64,000 bases of DNA from NCBI GenBank assembly GCA_002361735.1, contig DETS01000011.1:18539-82538 (forward strand), written 5' to 3'. Within the stretch, counting starts at the first letter, position 1. Each line of letters begins with the position of its first letter. The DNA is from Lachnospiraceae bacterium UBA3282 (GTDB lineage: Bacteria > Bacillota > Clostridia > Lachnospirales > Lachnospiraceae). The position numbers were made by a program, and so were the translations under genes. Below the pieces are notes generated by a model. It made no database searches and had not been told where the DNA came from. It was given only the letters and a program-made list of their open reading frames with translations. Positions 46,901 through 55,974 of this stretch are shown piece after piece.

Positions 46901-49585
46901 AACAGGCTTTGACTCCTCCACCGCCCCATACAGCAGACTCGTGATCACCGCATCCGAAAGATCACCCACACCGTCATCGGCATTTCCCTTTTTCTCCGTA
47001 TAGATATAGCCCTTCGGCGTATTCTGGTCAAAATAGAGCCCCGTGCCATCCTCGAGGTAGACAAGATTCGCTTCCTGTACCATCTCATACGTCACATCAC
47101 CGGCGAGCACCGTATTCACCTTGATCGCAAAATCATCAGAAGCATTGTCCTGCGCCTTCAAGGAATTAAACACATGTTTTCTGAGATAATCCTTTCCGCT
47201 GGTACACCGTATATATACGGGTGCATTCTGCACCTCGATATAATGCGAAGAAGTACTCGCCGCCGCAATCTCATAATATTCCTGCGCTGTCTGCATATCC
47301 TGTACTTCCTGTGCATCCTGCGCTGCATCTTTCATACTTACAAATTCTATATCCCGCTCTATCGGCTGTACGCCCGTTAATTCCGAAACTCTTTGAGGAC
47401 TGCCTGCCTTGGTAAGCTTATACATTCCCTTTCCGTCGCCAACATATCGAAAACTCCCCACAACAGCAGGATTCACAGCATTGGGTTCCGTATCCAAAGC
47501 TGCAGTTAAGCCGTTTTGGGACAATCCCTTTTCCAAGTGATAGGTATCATAAGGGCGCGGCTGTCCCTCGATCGAATAGAATCTGCCGCTCTCTTTCACC
47601 TGATAAAGCAGTTCCTCCTGCTCGGTCTCAACATAGTTAAATTTTATGATACAATAGGTCCCTTCCTCCAAACCGAGCGTCGGTTGAGGTTCCGGTTCTG
47701 GCTCAGGTTGAGGTTGAGGCTGCGGTTCCGGTTCAGGCTCGGGTTGAGGCTGAGGTTCCGGTTCAGGCTCGGGTTGAGGCTGAGGTTCCGGTTCGGGCTC
47801 GGGTTGAGGCTGCGGTTCCGGTTCAGGCTCGGGTTTGGGTTGAGGTTCCGGTTCAGGCTCGGGTTGGGGTTGAGGCTGAGGTTCCGGCTGAGGCTCCCCC
47901 TCGTTCATAGGCTGCGCTATTTCTACATAGTAACGCCAAGCTCCTGCCGCCCTAGACACAGACTGCACTTGCTGCTCCGACTGAGACTGCGGCTGTTCAG
48001 ACTGTACCTCCTGCTCCCCTTGTTCCATCAACTGCTCAGGCTGCGGTTCCGGCTGAGGCTCAGGTTGAGGCTGAGGTTCCGGCTGAGGTTCCGGCTGCTC
48101 CGGCTGCTCCGGCTGTGGATCGGTCGGTGCCGGATCGGTCGGCTGCGGTTCCGTCGGTGTCGGATCGATCGGCTGCGGATCGGTCGGCTGTGGATCCGTC
48201 GGTGTCGGATCGGTCGGCTGCGGATCGGTCGGTTCCGGATCGGTCGGCTGCGGATCGGTCGGTTCCGGTTCCGTCGGTGTCGGATTCGTCGGTTCCGGCT
48301 TGGTCGGTTCCGGATCGCTCGGCTGTTCCGGCTCCGGTTTCGGACGCGGAATCCCTTTCATCTCTCCGATCGTGCTGGCATAGCGATATACGCCGTTCTC
48401 AACGACATACACACCCGTTGCGTCGGAATAACTGCCGCCAAAGATCACTTCGTCATAACTGCCGCTCATGAGCAATTCCGGGCGATAACCGCTCGTCCCC
48501 ATGACCGGTCCTTCAAAAAATACCTGATACTCTCCCTCTCCGTCCGGTGCAAAGGTAAAGACATCCCCTGCTGCTGTTACAGCGGAAGACATAACCGAAT
48601 CGCCAAAAAGCGAACCGTTCGCCGGCCAAACCAGATTATAGTCATATCCCGAAAGCGCGGGAAGATTATTGATATCCGCCCCCTCAGCATCCGGCCTCCT
48701 ATCCACATAAGCGTAAAGTTCTCCTGTCGAATAGGACGCAGGTGACTGTCCGCCGTCGGGCGCGGCTTCCGCCGGATCATAGATCTGACTCCACATACTG
48801 CTTCGCAGATCCTCACCCATGCCGCCGTAAGCTTCCTGATAGCTGATTCCCTCATAACCGCTTCCCATGACCGAAGTAGTCAATTCTTTTCTTGCCGAAT
48901 AGGGATAGAACTTTTCCTTATCACTCCCCGTAAAAATACGCACCAGATCCTGCTGGATCGGCGACTGTCCCGGCGCAAGATAGCCGATGGTCCCCAGTGA
49001 AAACTCGTATTTCTTATCCGCCGAATATGCCTTTCCCGGCACAATATCCAGGATCACAAAGGGATTCTTCTCGTTGTGTTCCTCCACGACCTGCTTCATG
49101 CCGCCAAAGGACGACTTCGCCTGTACGATAGATGCCGGCGTGCCGTTCATAAAGCGAGGCGATACATAAAGTCCCGTTACCACAAGCGCTGCCGCCACCG
49201 CGACCGCCACCGCGCGCCCGAAGATTTTTTTGCCGGACAAACGCTTACGTGCTCTATAGGGCTTGATTTGCTGCGTCTGCACACTAAACACTTTCAAGTC
49301 CGAACGCGCGCTGTCACGCTCCAGACTGTCCCTGTGCTCATACTCACTGCGCAGCTGTCTGAGCAGATCATTCAGTTCCCCATCCTCCTGCACGCTGTCA
49401 CGATCGGCTGCCCCGACGCTGCCGGCTCTCCCGGCATTCTTTTTATCCTTCGACGCCCGTATGCCCAAAAACGCCGCAAAAGCTGCCGCCGCTCCCATAA
49501 GAAACGTCAAAAGGACAATCAGCGGACTGATCTGCTTTTTCTCCGTATGCTGCCGTATTATGGCATTTTTCTTTTCTCTGCCCAT
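43964..49585 (-). CDS. giant (~1873 aa) membrane-anchored surface protein with a ~200-aa Pro-Glu/Gln/Thr/Asp stalk; last gene of the pilus-like operon; function unknown
   Basis: This is a single uninterrupted ORF. I favour ATG 49585, which is 8 nt after GAGGG; the track start is TTG 49591. There are two hydrophobic segments ([24 protein letters not shown] and [21 protein letters not shown]). PTDPx and [10 protein letters not shown] repeats cover about residues 415-640. The C-terminal region is ~1230 aa. Confidence 0.85.
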   Translation of the reverse strand: MGREKKNAIIRQHTEKKQISPLIVLLTFLMGAAAAFAAFLGIRASKDKKNAGRAGSVGAADRDSVQEDGELNDLLRQLRSEYEHRDSLERDSARSDLKVFSVQTQQIKPYRARKRLSGKKIFGRAVAVAVAAALVVTGLYVSPRFMNGTPASIVQAKSSFGGMKQVVEEHNEKNPFVILDIVPGKAYSADKKYEFSLGTIGYLAPGQSPIQQDLVRIFTGSDKEKFYPYSARKELTTSVMGSGYEGISYQEAYGGMGEDLRSSMWSQIYDPAEAAPDGGQSPASYSTGELYAYVDRRPDAEGADINNLPALSGYDYNLVWPANGSLFGDSVMSSAVTAAGDVFTFAPDGEGEYQVFFEGPVMGTSGYRPELLMSGSYDEVIFGGSYSDATGVYVVENGVYRYASTIGEMKGIPRPKPEPEQPSDPEPTKPEPTNPTPTEPEPTDPQPTDPEPTDPQPTDPTPTDPQPTDPQPIDPTPTEPQPTDPAPTDPQPEQPEQPEPQPEPQPQPEPQPEPQPEQLMEQGEQEVQSEQPQSQSEQQVQSVSRAAGAWRYYVEIAQPMNEGEPQPEPQPQPQPEPEPEPQPKPEPEPEPQPQPEPEPEPQPQPEPEPEPQPQPEPEPEPQPQPQPEPEPEPQPTLGLEEGTYCIIKFNYVETEQEELLYQVKESGRFYSIEGQPRPYDTYHLEKGLSQNGLTAALDTEPNAVNPAVVGSFRYVGDGKGMYKLTKAGSPQRVSELTGVQPIERDIEFVSMKDAAQDAQEVQDMQTAQEYYEIAAASTSSHYIEVQNAPVYIRCTSGKDYLRKHVFNSLKAQDNASDDFAIKVNTVLAGDVTYEMVQEANLVYLEDGTGLYFDQNTPKGYIYTEKKGNADDGVGDLSDAVITSLLYGAVEESKPVIVDYGIVTNENDYADTKYQKLAKVFLKQDLAAYYNAMAKSDDLANSALMNADKESTEYPNKKDNKYHYVNRNIYIVNGSTPLVADDFPDAMDKTAATSGFTEVLAAIKAENVMLADDEKIAEEVSKAMAVQYIINYSRGLVGDYKNLSILELQPTANIESDLHYEAPADKERVVLYWKRQDQSGDGQQILRSSRKIKIDKELHSVAAFNTSHEDINEAYNMIFIGLDGQRLYREPDKDNMLQTVYNDSDLNGKVYHRGDRVAGSDVRYDENDITAEKKNALLDYLRAGYPIVVENDCFTGGSARKAEAKDINTKYIAKDTQMYAFFEEAIAMRADQKEDEESDVGLYTIEDVHSSAMFAMQLKALRPKVELQRENDAAPDGGENGDEEQNEQIGMIPAEPVEDRTGVVRGTFAYRISSDRTGDNKTYGRELDRHLYLDLNYDGIFAPEEEIAGYQHEQTADGGTISVDFNEINSGIVPWKLEVADHGNQYRRAATQGYFTITGNDKTKIRVLQILDDTKNDYANFEEQYKRVGNSVLAYYLKTAEGRANITWDIKTIEPSNGKDGLKELLDKNPNYLSLWDVVVLGFGESRNPGEPVTKAVNEFIAAGGSVLVSSAGASEETGRFGLSTAVLGQKDGKTYGKLGLHSPSQYRYKDIDAYMFNKTPSLFLDRINEGVITQWPLQVNTRAQLGSATKVSMPDYLLDIGEEGSTGEGSGTGQPRTTAWFTLLDTGASSDGRTASGYSVSPCDGRNNYYVYSKGNVVYVGQSQYPYGYDKESGKGPEGDGLDECKIFVNALMAAYNGGIHRANVSIVAGFNGVNKVESVTIPYDVAFKEGEQSGDAKGGILGDTVDVYFRFTDNNIAVDKVTDFSLYYRNPGAGADTILLQADGSINTADYTAFTSPIWAVENNRLVEVTGGIVPGKVYRIKAPLIALQNGDDEKSQICVMLTNRYTRAGQSVEAFSMDSVSLNRAQMFLLE
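47682..48350 (-). repeat. coding low-complexity tandem repeats (30-nt unit = [10 protein letters not shown] at 47682-47895; 15-nt unit = PTDPx at 48036-48350)
   Basis: The unit gttcaggctcgggttgaggctgaggttccg recurs with an exact 30-nt phase from 47731 to 47880. ggatcggtcgg(c/t)t(g/c)c units repeat from 48115 to 48260. Confidence 0.9.
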
Positions 49586-49615
49586 ACGCAATACCCTCTC
49601 TCATCAGGCGGTTTC

Positions 49616-52600
49616 TTAACTTCCCCACTGCCTCCATTGATTCTCATTGCTCTTACACAGAAATGCTGCTACAAAATCCCCATTTGAATTAAAGAACTGT
49701 ATGGTATATTCTTTCGCCGACGGCTCATAGTAACATTTCACTTTGTGAATCCACACAGTCTCTGTTTCCTGCTTACCTTGTTTCAGTATTTTAAGATTAT
49801 AACCATTATTTTCCTGCCACTCATTCCGTTCCCGAGCAAACCCAAGCTTATCTGTAAAGGCACTCTCCGAAGGTAAGGGAATATACATCTTCCCTTTGTA
49901 TGTTTCGTTCCACATTGTAAAATCCACATCCGCCGTGCTGTTGTTCAGCTTTATCACATTGCCCGGCACCTGTGTCTGCCCCGTATTTTTAAGCTGTGTG
50001 TCAAACGTGCCCTTATCTCTCTGTGTCCATCTCTTTTGGCTCTCATCATAGCAGAACAGCCCTGCCGAGGCTTCCATATCACGGTCCCAGTTGTCATCAT
50101 GATAAGTATAGAAGAGCTTCAATTCATAACGGCCGTTCACATACTGGCACTGCATCTGCGCCGCGGAAGGCTGGTAGCTCGTTGTGTCCGTTCTCCCCTT
50201 AACGGTCTTCGCAAAGTATCCCCCTTTCTTCGCGTTCTGCCAATTTGACTCCTCTTTGTTAAAATACTGCGTAAAGTCCGGTTCTGAGGGCGCAGGGAAA
50301 TAAATCTCGCCCAATGTAAACTGATTGTTGGCATAACTCCACAGTTCCAGATTACCGCCCTCTATCACCTCATAGTAAACCGTACTCCTCTTATCCTCGT
50401 AGTACTGTTCCTGCTCATATTTCGGCGTATAACTCGTATAGTAGATACCGCTCCCGCTATAGTGGTCTGCTCCCGAGCCCTGTGTATATGTGATGGTCGG
50501 TATCACCCGGTATTTACCCGCCACCTGGGAGAACTTATCCTTTTTGTTGGTATCCAGCTTGATGTACATATTTTTTACATTGCCGATCTCACTCAGTTTC
50601 AGCGCCTGGTCATAAGGTTCGCTTTCCCCCTCGTATTGTTTCGTTTCACCGTTATACCCGTAAAGCTTTTTCAGACCGCCTTCCGTCTCCCGATACACAC
50701 TGAATTTTACATTCTGCTCGGTAAATCCCCCAAGCGACATATCTCTGGTATTCTTTACCTTATCCACACCGAAGTTTGTGGTAAACGGCCCTGCTAACGT
50801 CGTCACCGTCTGCAGTTTCAACTCGCCCTCCAGATTTTTCTGTCCATTATATTGGTAAAGGATCTCCGGAGGATAGATCATCGTCTCAAGCTTACCCGTA
50901 TGTTCATATGCCGTGCCGATATAGGTGCCGGACACATCGCAGTGAGCCAGATAATCCCCTATCATCGCCTTCACTTCCGGGTGATCGACCAGATACCCGG
51001 TCTTGCCCGCACTCAGGGCAGACCATCCGACTCCTGCCGGTAGCTCGGCTTTGGGTTCTAACGCCTGCAGGGAAAGCTGCCAGGGCTTATTGATCGTTTC
51101 CACACCGAACATATCCGGCGTCACCCGCGTGGTTTTCCCTTCCGAGAGGAAAACCATGATCTTATCGTTGCCTGTAGTGCCGTACTCCCTGATACGCGCA
51201 AAGAGCATATAATAATGAAACTTCGGATTATCAAAAGAGGCCGTAAGATCCGCCGACGCCCCCCAGAGCAGCTCGCCGTTTAAGTCGATATTTTTATTGC
51301 CCTCCACCACCTTAAAGCTAATGGCTCCCGGCACCCACCAGTCGTACTTTCTGCCGTAGGCGTTGTCGCACACGGAGAGCATGGAAAGCGCCTGCACCAC
51401 AAAGAGGTGCGTGACCTTTTCGTCCGAAGTCGGCGCATCCTTATCGATCGTAAGCGTTACGCTGTTCGGTTTCTGGTCTTTGAGCTTCGCATAGGATACA
51501 TCATAAACGCCCGGCTGATGAACTATCCATACCTCACTCCTGCCCTGCGGATTTCCCTCGTACACCACCTGTTTGTCGATCGTGGTATCGTCGCCGCACG
51601 CGCTGCAGACCTCTTCCAACTTATATCCCGTAACATCCGCAGTGATCGTATAGGTGCCGCCCGGCGATACCAAATACACGGTATTTCCCGCAGCATCCGT
51701 TTCTGTCCCGTCCGCAGTTGCGGAAAGGTTCACCGCTCTGACCCTCTTGATATGCACCGTCACGGAGCAGGTGGCCGGCAGCCCGTCATCTCCCACCGCA
51801 TTGGTCGTGATCTTCAGCTTGACATCCCCAGCCGGCTCATCCGTCGCTATCTGCAAAATACCGTTGTCCTTATCCGTAAACTTCGTGCCGCCCGAAGCGC
51901 TGTGCGATTCTTCGACAGACCACACCACGCTCCTGTCCGTTACGTTCTCACCCGTCACTCTGGGCGTGGAAAAATGATAGGTTTCGCCGGGTTCAATGAT
52001 CACGCCCGAATCCCTGGCCGCGACGGAGATGGTCTTTTTCCTGTTGAGCGGATCAAGTTCGGCGTCGTTGACCCCTACCTTATTACGGATGGTGACGTTA
52101 TTGGAGGTGACATACTCCTTGACGCCGTCCTCAAAGGTCAGGGCAAGCATCACCACGCGCTTCTCCTGGACCTGACTCAAATCCACCGAAAAATCCGTCA
52201 CATGACTTGCCAGCGTAACCCACTCGTAACCGGGGTCGCCGAAAATCGGCGCCGTTCCCGTCGTCGCATCCACTTCCGCATAAAAAAGAGTCTCCTCACT
52301 CTTATCCCAATAAAAATGATAGTTCTTGTTGCCGTTTCCATCCTCTATGATATCCGGACCGCCGCTGGGATTCTTGACTAACACGCCATTATACATCACC
52401 AGGCTCTTGTCCTCGGGGGTAAAAGCAAACTCAGCGTCTTTCAGCGCGTATACCGGGCTTCCGCTCGCGTCATAGCCCGCATAATTCACACTCCGGGTGG
52501 TGTCGATCACCACATCCGACATCTGGTTTAAGGCCAGCTGCGCTTCCTGCTGGACGCTGATATCGCTGTTTCCCGCCGCGTAGCTTCTGGAACCGACCAG

Positions 52601-52699
52601 AATAAATCCGCACACAGCCGCAACGACGATGGACAGGATCGCTACCGCTATCAATAATTCCACTATGGTGAAGCCTTTCTGATCCCTTTTCATACGCAT
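49616..52699 (-). CDS. very large modular pilin-like protein (~1027 aa): prepilin N-terminus + Ig-like repeats + large unknown C-terminal region
   Basis: It has the class III signal MRMKRDQKG|FTIVELLIAVAILSIVVAAV with Glu at +5. I chose ATG 52699; the track start is GTG 52711. Residues ~225-330 (TISVAARDSGVIIEPGETYHF...VVWSVEES...ATCSVTVHIKRV) look like a Big_2-type Ig domain, and a second beta-rich module follows. Confidence 0.8.
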   Translation of the reverse strand: MRMKRDQKGFTIVELLIAVAILSIVVAAVCGFILVGSRSYAAGNSDISVQQEAQLALNQMSDVVIDTTRSVNYAGYDASGSPVYALKDAEFAFTPEDKSLVMYNGVLVKNPSGGPDIIEDGNGNKNYHFYWDKSEETLFYAEVDATTGTAPIFGDPGYEWVTLASHVTDFSVDLSQVQEKRVVMLALTFEDGVKEYVTSNNVTIRNKVGVNDAELDPLNRKKTISVAARDSGVIIEPGETYHFSTPRVTGENVTDRSVVWSVEESHSASGGTKFTDKDNGILQIATDEPAGDVKLKITTNAVGDDGLPATCSVTVHIKRVRAVNLSATADGTETDAAGNTVYLVSPGGTYTITADVTGYKLEEVCSACGDDTTIDKQVVYEGNPQGRSEVWIVHQPGVYDVSYAKLKDQKPNSVTLTIDKDAPTSDEKVTHLFVVQALSMLSVCDNAYGRKYDWWVPGAISFKVVEGNKNIDLNGELLWGASADLTASFDNPKFHYYMLFARIREYGTTGNDKIMVFLSEGKTTRVTPDMFGVETINKPWQLSLQALEPKAELPAGVGWSALSAGKTGYLVDHPEVKAMIGDYLAHCDVSGTYIGTAYEHTGKLETMIYPPEILYQYNGQKNLEGELKLQTVTTLAGPFTTNFGVDKVKNTRDMSLGGFTEQNVKFSVYRETEGGLKKLYGYNGETKQYEGESEPYDQALKLSEIGNVKNMYIKLDTNKKDKFSQVAGKYRVIPTITYTQGSGADHYSGSGIYYTSYTPKYEQEQYYEDKRSTVYYEVIEGGNLELWSYANNQFTLGEIYFPAPSEPDFTQYFNKEESNWQNAKKGGYFAKTVKGRTDTTSYQPSAAQMQCQYVNGRYELKLFYTYHDDNWDRDMEASAGLFCYDESQKRWTQRDKGTFDTQLKNTGQTQVPGNVIKLNNSTADVDFTMWNETYKGKMYIPLPSESAFTDKLGFARERNEWQENNGYNLKILKQGKQETETVWIHKVKCYYEPSAKEYTIQFFNSNGDFVAAFLCKSNENQWRQWGS

Positions 52700-52710
52700 T
52701 TCCTTTCCCA

Positions 52711-53286
52711 CTACTTTGCCTTTACCTCAGACTTACCCGTAAGCGCCGTCATTGTGATCTCATACTTCTTACTGCCGCCCTCCACGAATATGATCTCGTA
52801 GAGATTGCCGCTGCCATCCGCCTTAAAACCGCCGGTCGCGCGATCAAACCAAATCTCGATGCTGTCTCCCGGCAGAAACTCCGTTCTGCTGCCTCCCTTA
52901 GGCTGATATGCCACAGTTACCTTTTTCGGACCGACCTTCTGCGGCTCCGACGGCACATAAGAACCGCTGCTGTCCATAACATACATTCGGGTGTACACAT
53001 TTTCATTCCCGGCATCCCGATAAAGCTCCATGTATGCCGATGCCCTGCCCATCGTAGCTACCTTGCAATCCCCGATGGCACGCTGGATATCGTTCGCAGT
53101 ACTCTTAGCATTAGCGCTGAAAATCAAAATAATCGAGTAAAAGACCGTGCCCATGATAACTGCTATGATGGCAAGAACAATGACCAGCTCGATCAATGAA
53201 TAACCATTGTTATTAAAACAACTGTTATCATTTCCCTGTCCGCCTCTTCTATGAAGTTTGCCTTTGTTGTGCTTCCCTACGCTCAA
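52711..53286 (-). CDS. pilin-like protein (191 aa) with an unusually long 28-residue leader
   Basis: The only in-frame start is TTG 53286, 8 nt after GGAAGGA. The leader is MSVGKHNKGKLHRRGGQGNDNSCFNNNG. The mature N-terminus is YSLIELVIVLAIIAVIMGTVF (Tyr +1, Glu +5). Confidence 0.8.
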   Translation of the reverse strand: MSVGKHNKGKLHRRGGQGNDNSCFNNNGYSLIELVIVLAIIAVIMGTVFYSIILIFSANAKSTANDIQRAIGDCKVATMGRASAYMELYRDAGNENVYTRMYVMDSSGSYVPSEPQKVGPKKVTVAYQPKGGSRTEFLPGDSIEIWFDRATGGFKADGSGNLYEIIFVEGGSKKYEITMTALTGKSEVKAK

Positions 53287-53308
53287 ACTTCCGTGTCCTT
53301 CCTTTTTT

Positions 53309-55948
53309 CTATTTCTTGATCCAGTTCATATAGCGCACGATCTCGCTGTAGTCAAGCGCCAGATTCCCTTCTGCGTCCATATTCGGCGCCACCGCCCCGT
53401 TTAACAGGCTGCCGCCGCCGTTCATAAACAGATCGATCGGCTTCTGGTTATCGCCGGTGCCGTCGTTTTTCCAATGTTCGCTGTTCGCTTCCAGCACATT
53501 CGCCAGTTCGGTACCGCCGCGTTTGATCTTATGCGCGCCTGTCACGATGATCCTGCCCCTGGCGATGATCAGTCCGGTAAAGTCCTGATCCACCGTCACA
53601 TTGCCGAGGCTGATCACCAGTCTTACTTCGCCCGGCCCGCCAATTGACGACAACGTTACGTCGTTTCTCGTCAAATATGCCAACTGCCCGGACGTCGTCT
53701 CGTATTTCACATGGCCCGTGTTCCCCGGAAGACCTGCCAGATAGTCCTCCACGTTGTCCGCCGTGCCTCCCGGCTCCTTGCATTTGATAATGCTCTTAAA
53801 CACATACTCCGCAGCCTTATCCGGGTCATAAGAGCTCGGCAGATTGGGATCGGCAAAGCCCGGGACCCCTCCCCCGTCCTTCAGGTTATAGGTTAAGCTG
53901 GTATAGTCTTTCCTGATCTGCGCGATGAGCTCATCCACGGTCGCGCTGCCGGCTATCGCTTCGTTTTTCACTTCCTCCGCATTTTCGCCGGTCTCCGTGT
54001 AGGCATTCGGGTCAACGGGCGCCGCCGGATCCGTGCCCCCGCCGCCTTCTTCCGGCGTTCCCGTTCCCGTGCCTGTGCCGCCCGTTCCTGTCAGATTTAA
54101 GGTCGTCTGATCCACGCCGGTCAGTAACGTCACACCGCTGTCCGTAAGGGCGCTGCTCACCAGGCTGTTACCGAGGATCGTATACTCTGTCATGGGGTCC
54201 GCAAAATCACCGAGCTGAAAACCACCGGAAAGATATCTGTTGAAATAAGTATCGATCTCTTCCCGGTTCGCATGGAAATCATAGTACTGCACAAAATACT
54301 TCTCTGCAGTGTCCTTATCCATGACCAGATAATAGTAGAGGAGCGTATCGCCCCGATAAGGCGCATAGACCTTGCGGATGTATTTCATATCGTCCGCTGC
54401 CGTATGGCCCGGCACACTTGAGCCCACGCCCATTTCCCGCAATGTTTTGCCGCCGAGACGATAGACCTTCCTGTCAAAATCCACTTCCTTAAAGCCCACT
54501 CCGTAGGTTTTTTCATTCTCTTCCGTTTTGTCGTCTATCTTACTCGCGTAAACGGGGTTCTGTCCAATCACGCTCTCCTCATTCAGCGTGCCGATGCACT
54601 CCGCAGGTACCAGATATGCCACCTGACCGCCCTTGACAGCGATGGACTCTCCCATCATCACCGGCGGGCTCGACGAGGTAAGATCCGCCTTATCGCTCCC
54701 CATATGCCCCGCCGTATTGCCAAGGTGCGGACTGATATAGGAACGTCCCGCGAGCAGCAGTCTCGTCACCGCCGACATATCGACCGTGGAATCTCTGCCG
54801 TTTATGATGATAGCGCTGCTGGCCGCAGGATCCGCAGCCGGCTCTCCCGACAGTCCGTTGAAGGCGGAATTGCCGTAACCGTAATACTCTTTCGTGAGCG
54901 CAACTCTGCTGCCCACGCCGTCAAGCGTCAAATCGTTCGCCACATACACCTTGCTGTCAAGGCTTGCCGTCCCACTGTTTAAGTTGATATTTTTCGCATA
55001 TACGCGGTTATCCTGCCCGGCCACGTCCCGGACGGTCAGAGCGGACGACGGTCCCTCCACCGTGATATCCCCCTTCGAGATCACGCGCAGGGCGTCCTCC
55101 AATACCAGACTCGTATTGTAGGTCTTTTTTATGCTTCCGTCCGCCTCCGTCTTTAAGCCGAGCGTAAGCCCGCCAACGCCGTTCTTATCCGCACCCGCAT
55201 AGATACTGCCCTCCACTTGGGTGATACCGGGTCCCTGCAGTTCCACCCCCTGATTCCCGATGAGGGCATACTGGTAGAGTCCGTCGATAGAACCCGTGTT
55301 CTCAAAGACCAGCTTCGGCACATCGAGACGGATATCCGTCTTTACGATGGACAGTCTGTCATCGGCATCCGTGCAGGAGACATAGATATTTTTGAGGATA
55401 ATGCTGTTGTTGTTTACCACTTCCATCACCGGCGCGCCTTCGGCCTCACTCAGCGCATTGCCGTGATTCCATGCCGCCACATCCACGCCCGCAGTCCCTC
55501 CGGAGAAGTCCGCAATGTCCACATAAGCCTCCAGAATCGACCTGTCATAGCGGATCGCGCCATAGGAGGGATCCTTGAGCTTATCAATCAGGGTATCCAT
55601 ATAAGTCATCATAAAGAGATTGGAACGCGCCGCCTCGGACTCCAGATTATCCCAATTTGCCAACACATCCCGGTAAGCAACGCCCACCGCCCCGGCGGAC
55701 TCCCTGCGCAGTCCCGACATGATCTGCTCCACCACTTCCTCGGCGGTGTAAAAGCTGTTCTTGTTGCGGATATCCGCCACCTTGATCATATAGTTCATGT
55801 AAGCCATCCATAGCAGGGTGGTCGCCAAAATCCCGATCATTGCCATCGCGATGATCACGATAACAATGGCGGAACCTCTGTCATCCCGCTTCTTCTTTGC
55901 CCACTGATAAAGCTGTGCAAACTTACCGCCCGTTTTTTTCATACCCAT
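53309..55948 (-). CDS. large (879 aa) PilX/GspK-type pseudopilin-like protein (hydrophobic N-terminal helix without Glu5)
   Basis: The N-terminus is ...KKKRDDRGSAIVIVIIAMAMIGILATTLLWMAYMNYM. The central region has a repetitive beta-strand pattern (GVELQGPGITQVEGSIYAG...ITVEGPSSALTVRDV...NINLNSGTASLDSKVYVANDLTLDG). A GTGGTGTGTGTPEEGGGG linker is present. Confidence 0.7.
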   Translation of the reverse strand: MGMKKTGGKFAQLYQWAKKKRDDRGSAIVIVIIAMAMIGILATTLLWMAYMNYMIKVADIRNKNSFYTAEEVVEQIMSGLRRESAGAVGVAYRDVLANWDNLESEAARSNLFMMTYMDTLIDKLKDPSYGAIRYDRSILEAYVDIADFSGGTAGVDVAAWNHGNALSEAEGAPVMEVVNNNSIILKNIYVSCTDADDRLSIVKTDIRLDVPKLVFENTGSIDGLYQYALIGNQGVELQGPGITQVEGSIYAGADKNGVGGLTLGLKTEADGSIKKTYNTSLVLEDALRVISKGDITVEGPSSALTVRDVAGQDNRVYAKNINLNSGTASLDSKVYVANDLTLDGVGSRVALTKEYYGYGNSAFNGLSGEPAADPAASSAIIINGRDSTVDMSAVTRLLLAGRSYISPHLGNTAGHMGSDKADLTSSSPPVMMGESIAVKGGQVAYLVPAECIGTLNEESVIGQNPVYASKIDDKTEENEKTYGVGFKEVDFDRKVYRLGGKTLREMGVGSSVPGHTAADDMKYIRKVYAPYRGDTLLYYYLVMDKDTAEKYFVQYYDFHANREEIDTYFNRYLSGGFQLGDFADPMTEYTILGNSLVSSALTDSGVTLLTGVDQTTLNLTGTGGTGTGTGTPEEGGGGTDPAAPVDPNAYTETGENAEEVKNEAIAGSATVDELIAQIRKDYTSLTYNLKDGGGVPGFADPNLPSSYDPDKAAEYVFKSIIKCKEPGGTADNVEDYLAGLPGNTGHVKYETTSGQLAYLTRNDVTLSSIGGPGEVRLVISLGNVTVDQDFTGLIIARGRIIVTGAHKIKRGGTELANVLEANSEHWKNDGTGDNQKPIDLFMNGGGSLLNGAVAPNMDAEGNLALDYSEIVRYMNWIKK

Positions 55949-55974
55949 ACCCCATTATTTCCTGCTATTACTTA

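Noticed and set aside
47682-48350. Regularly spaced short repeats that might look CRISPR-like
   Set aside because: The repeats are contiguous 15- and 30-nt units with no unique spacers. They are in frame within a coding sequence, and no cas genes are nearby.
47516-48745. 409-aa plus-strand ORF with RLRLRF/RIGRL repeats
   Set aside because: It is the antisense reading of the Pro-rich repeat region of the giant minus-strand ORF. It has no RBS, a nonsensical composition, and lies entirely inside a far longer coherent ORF.
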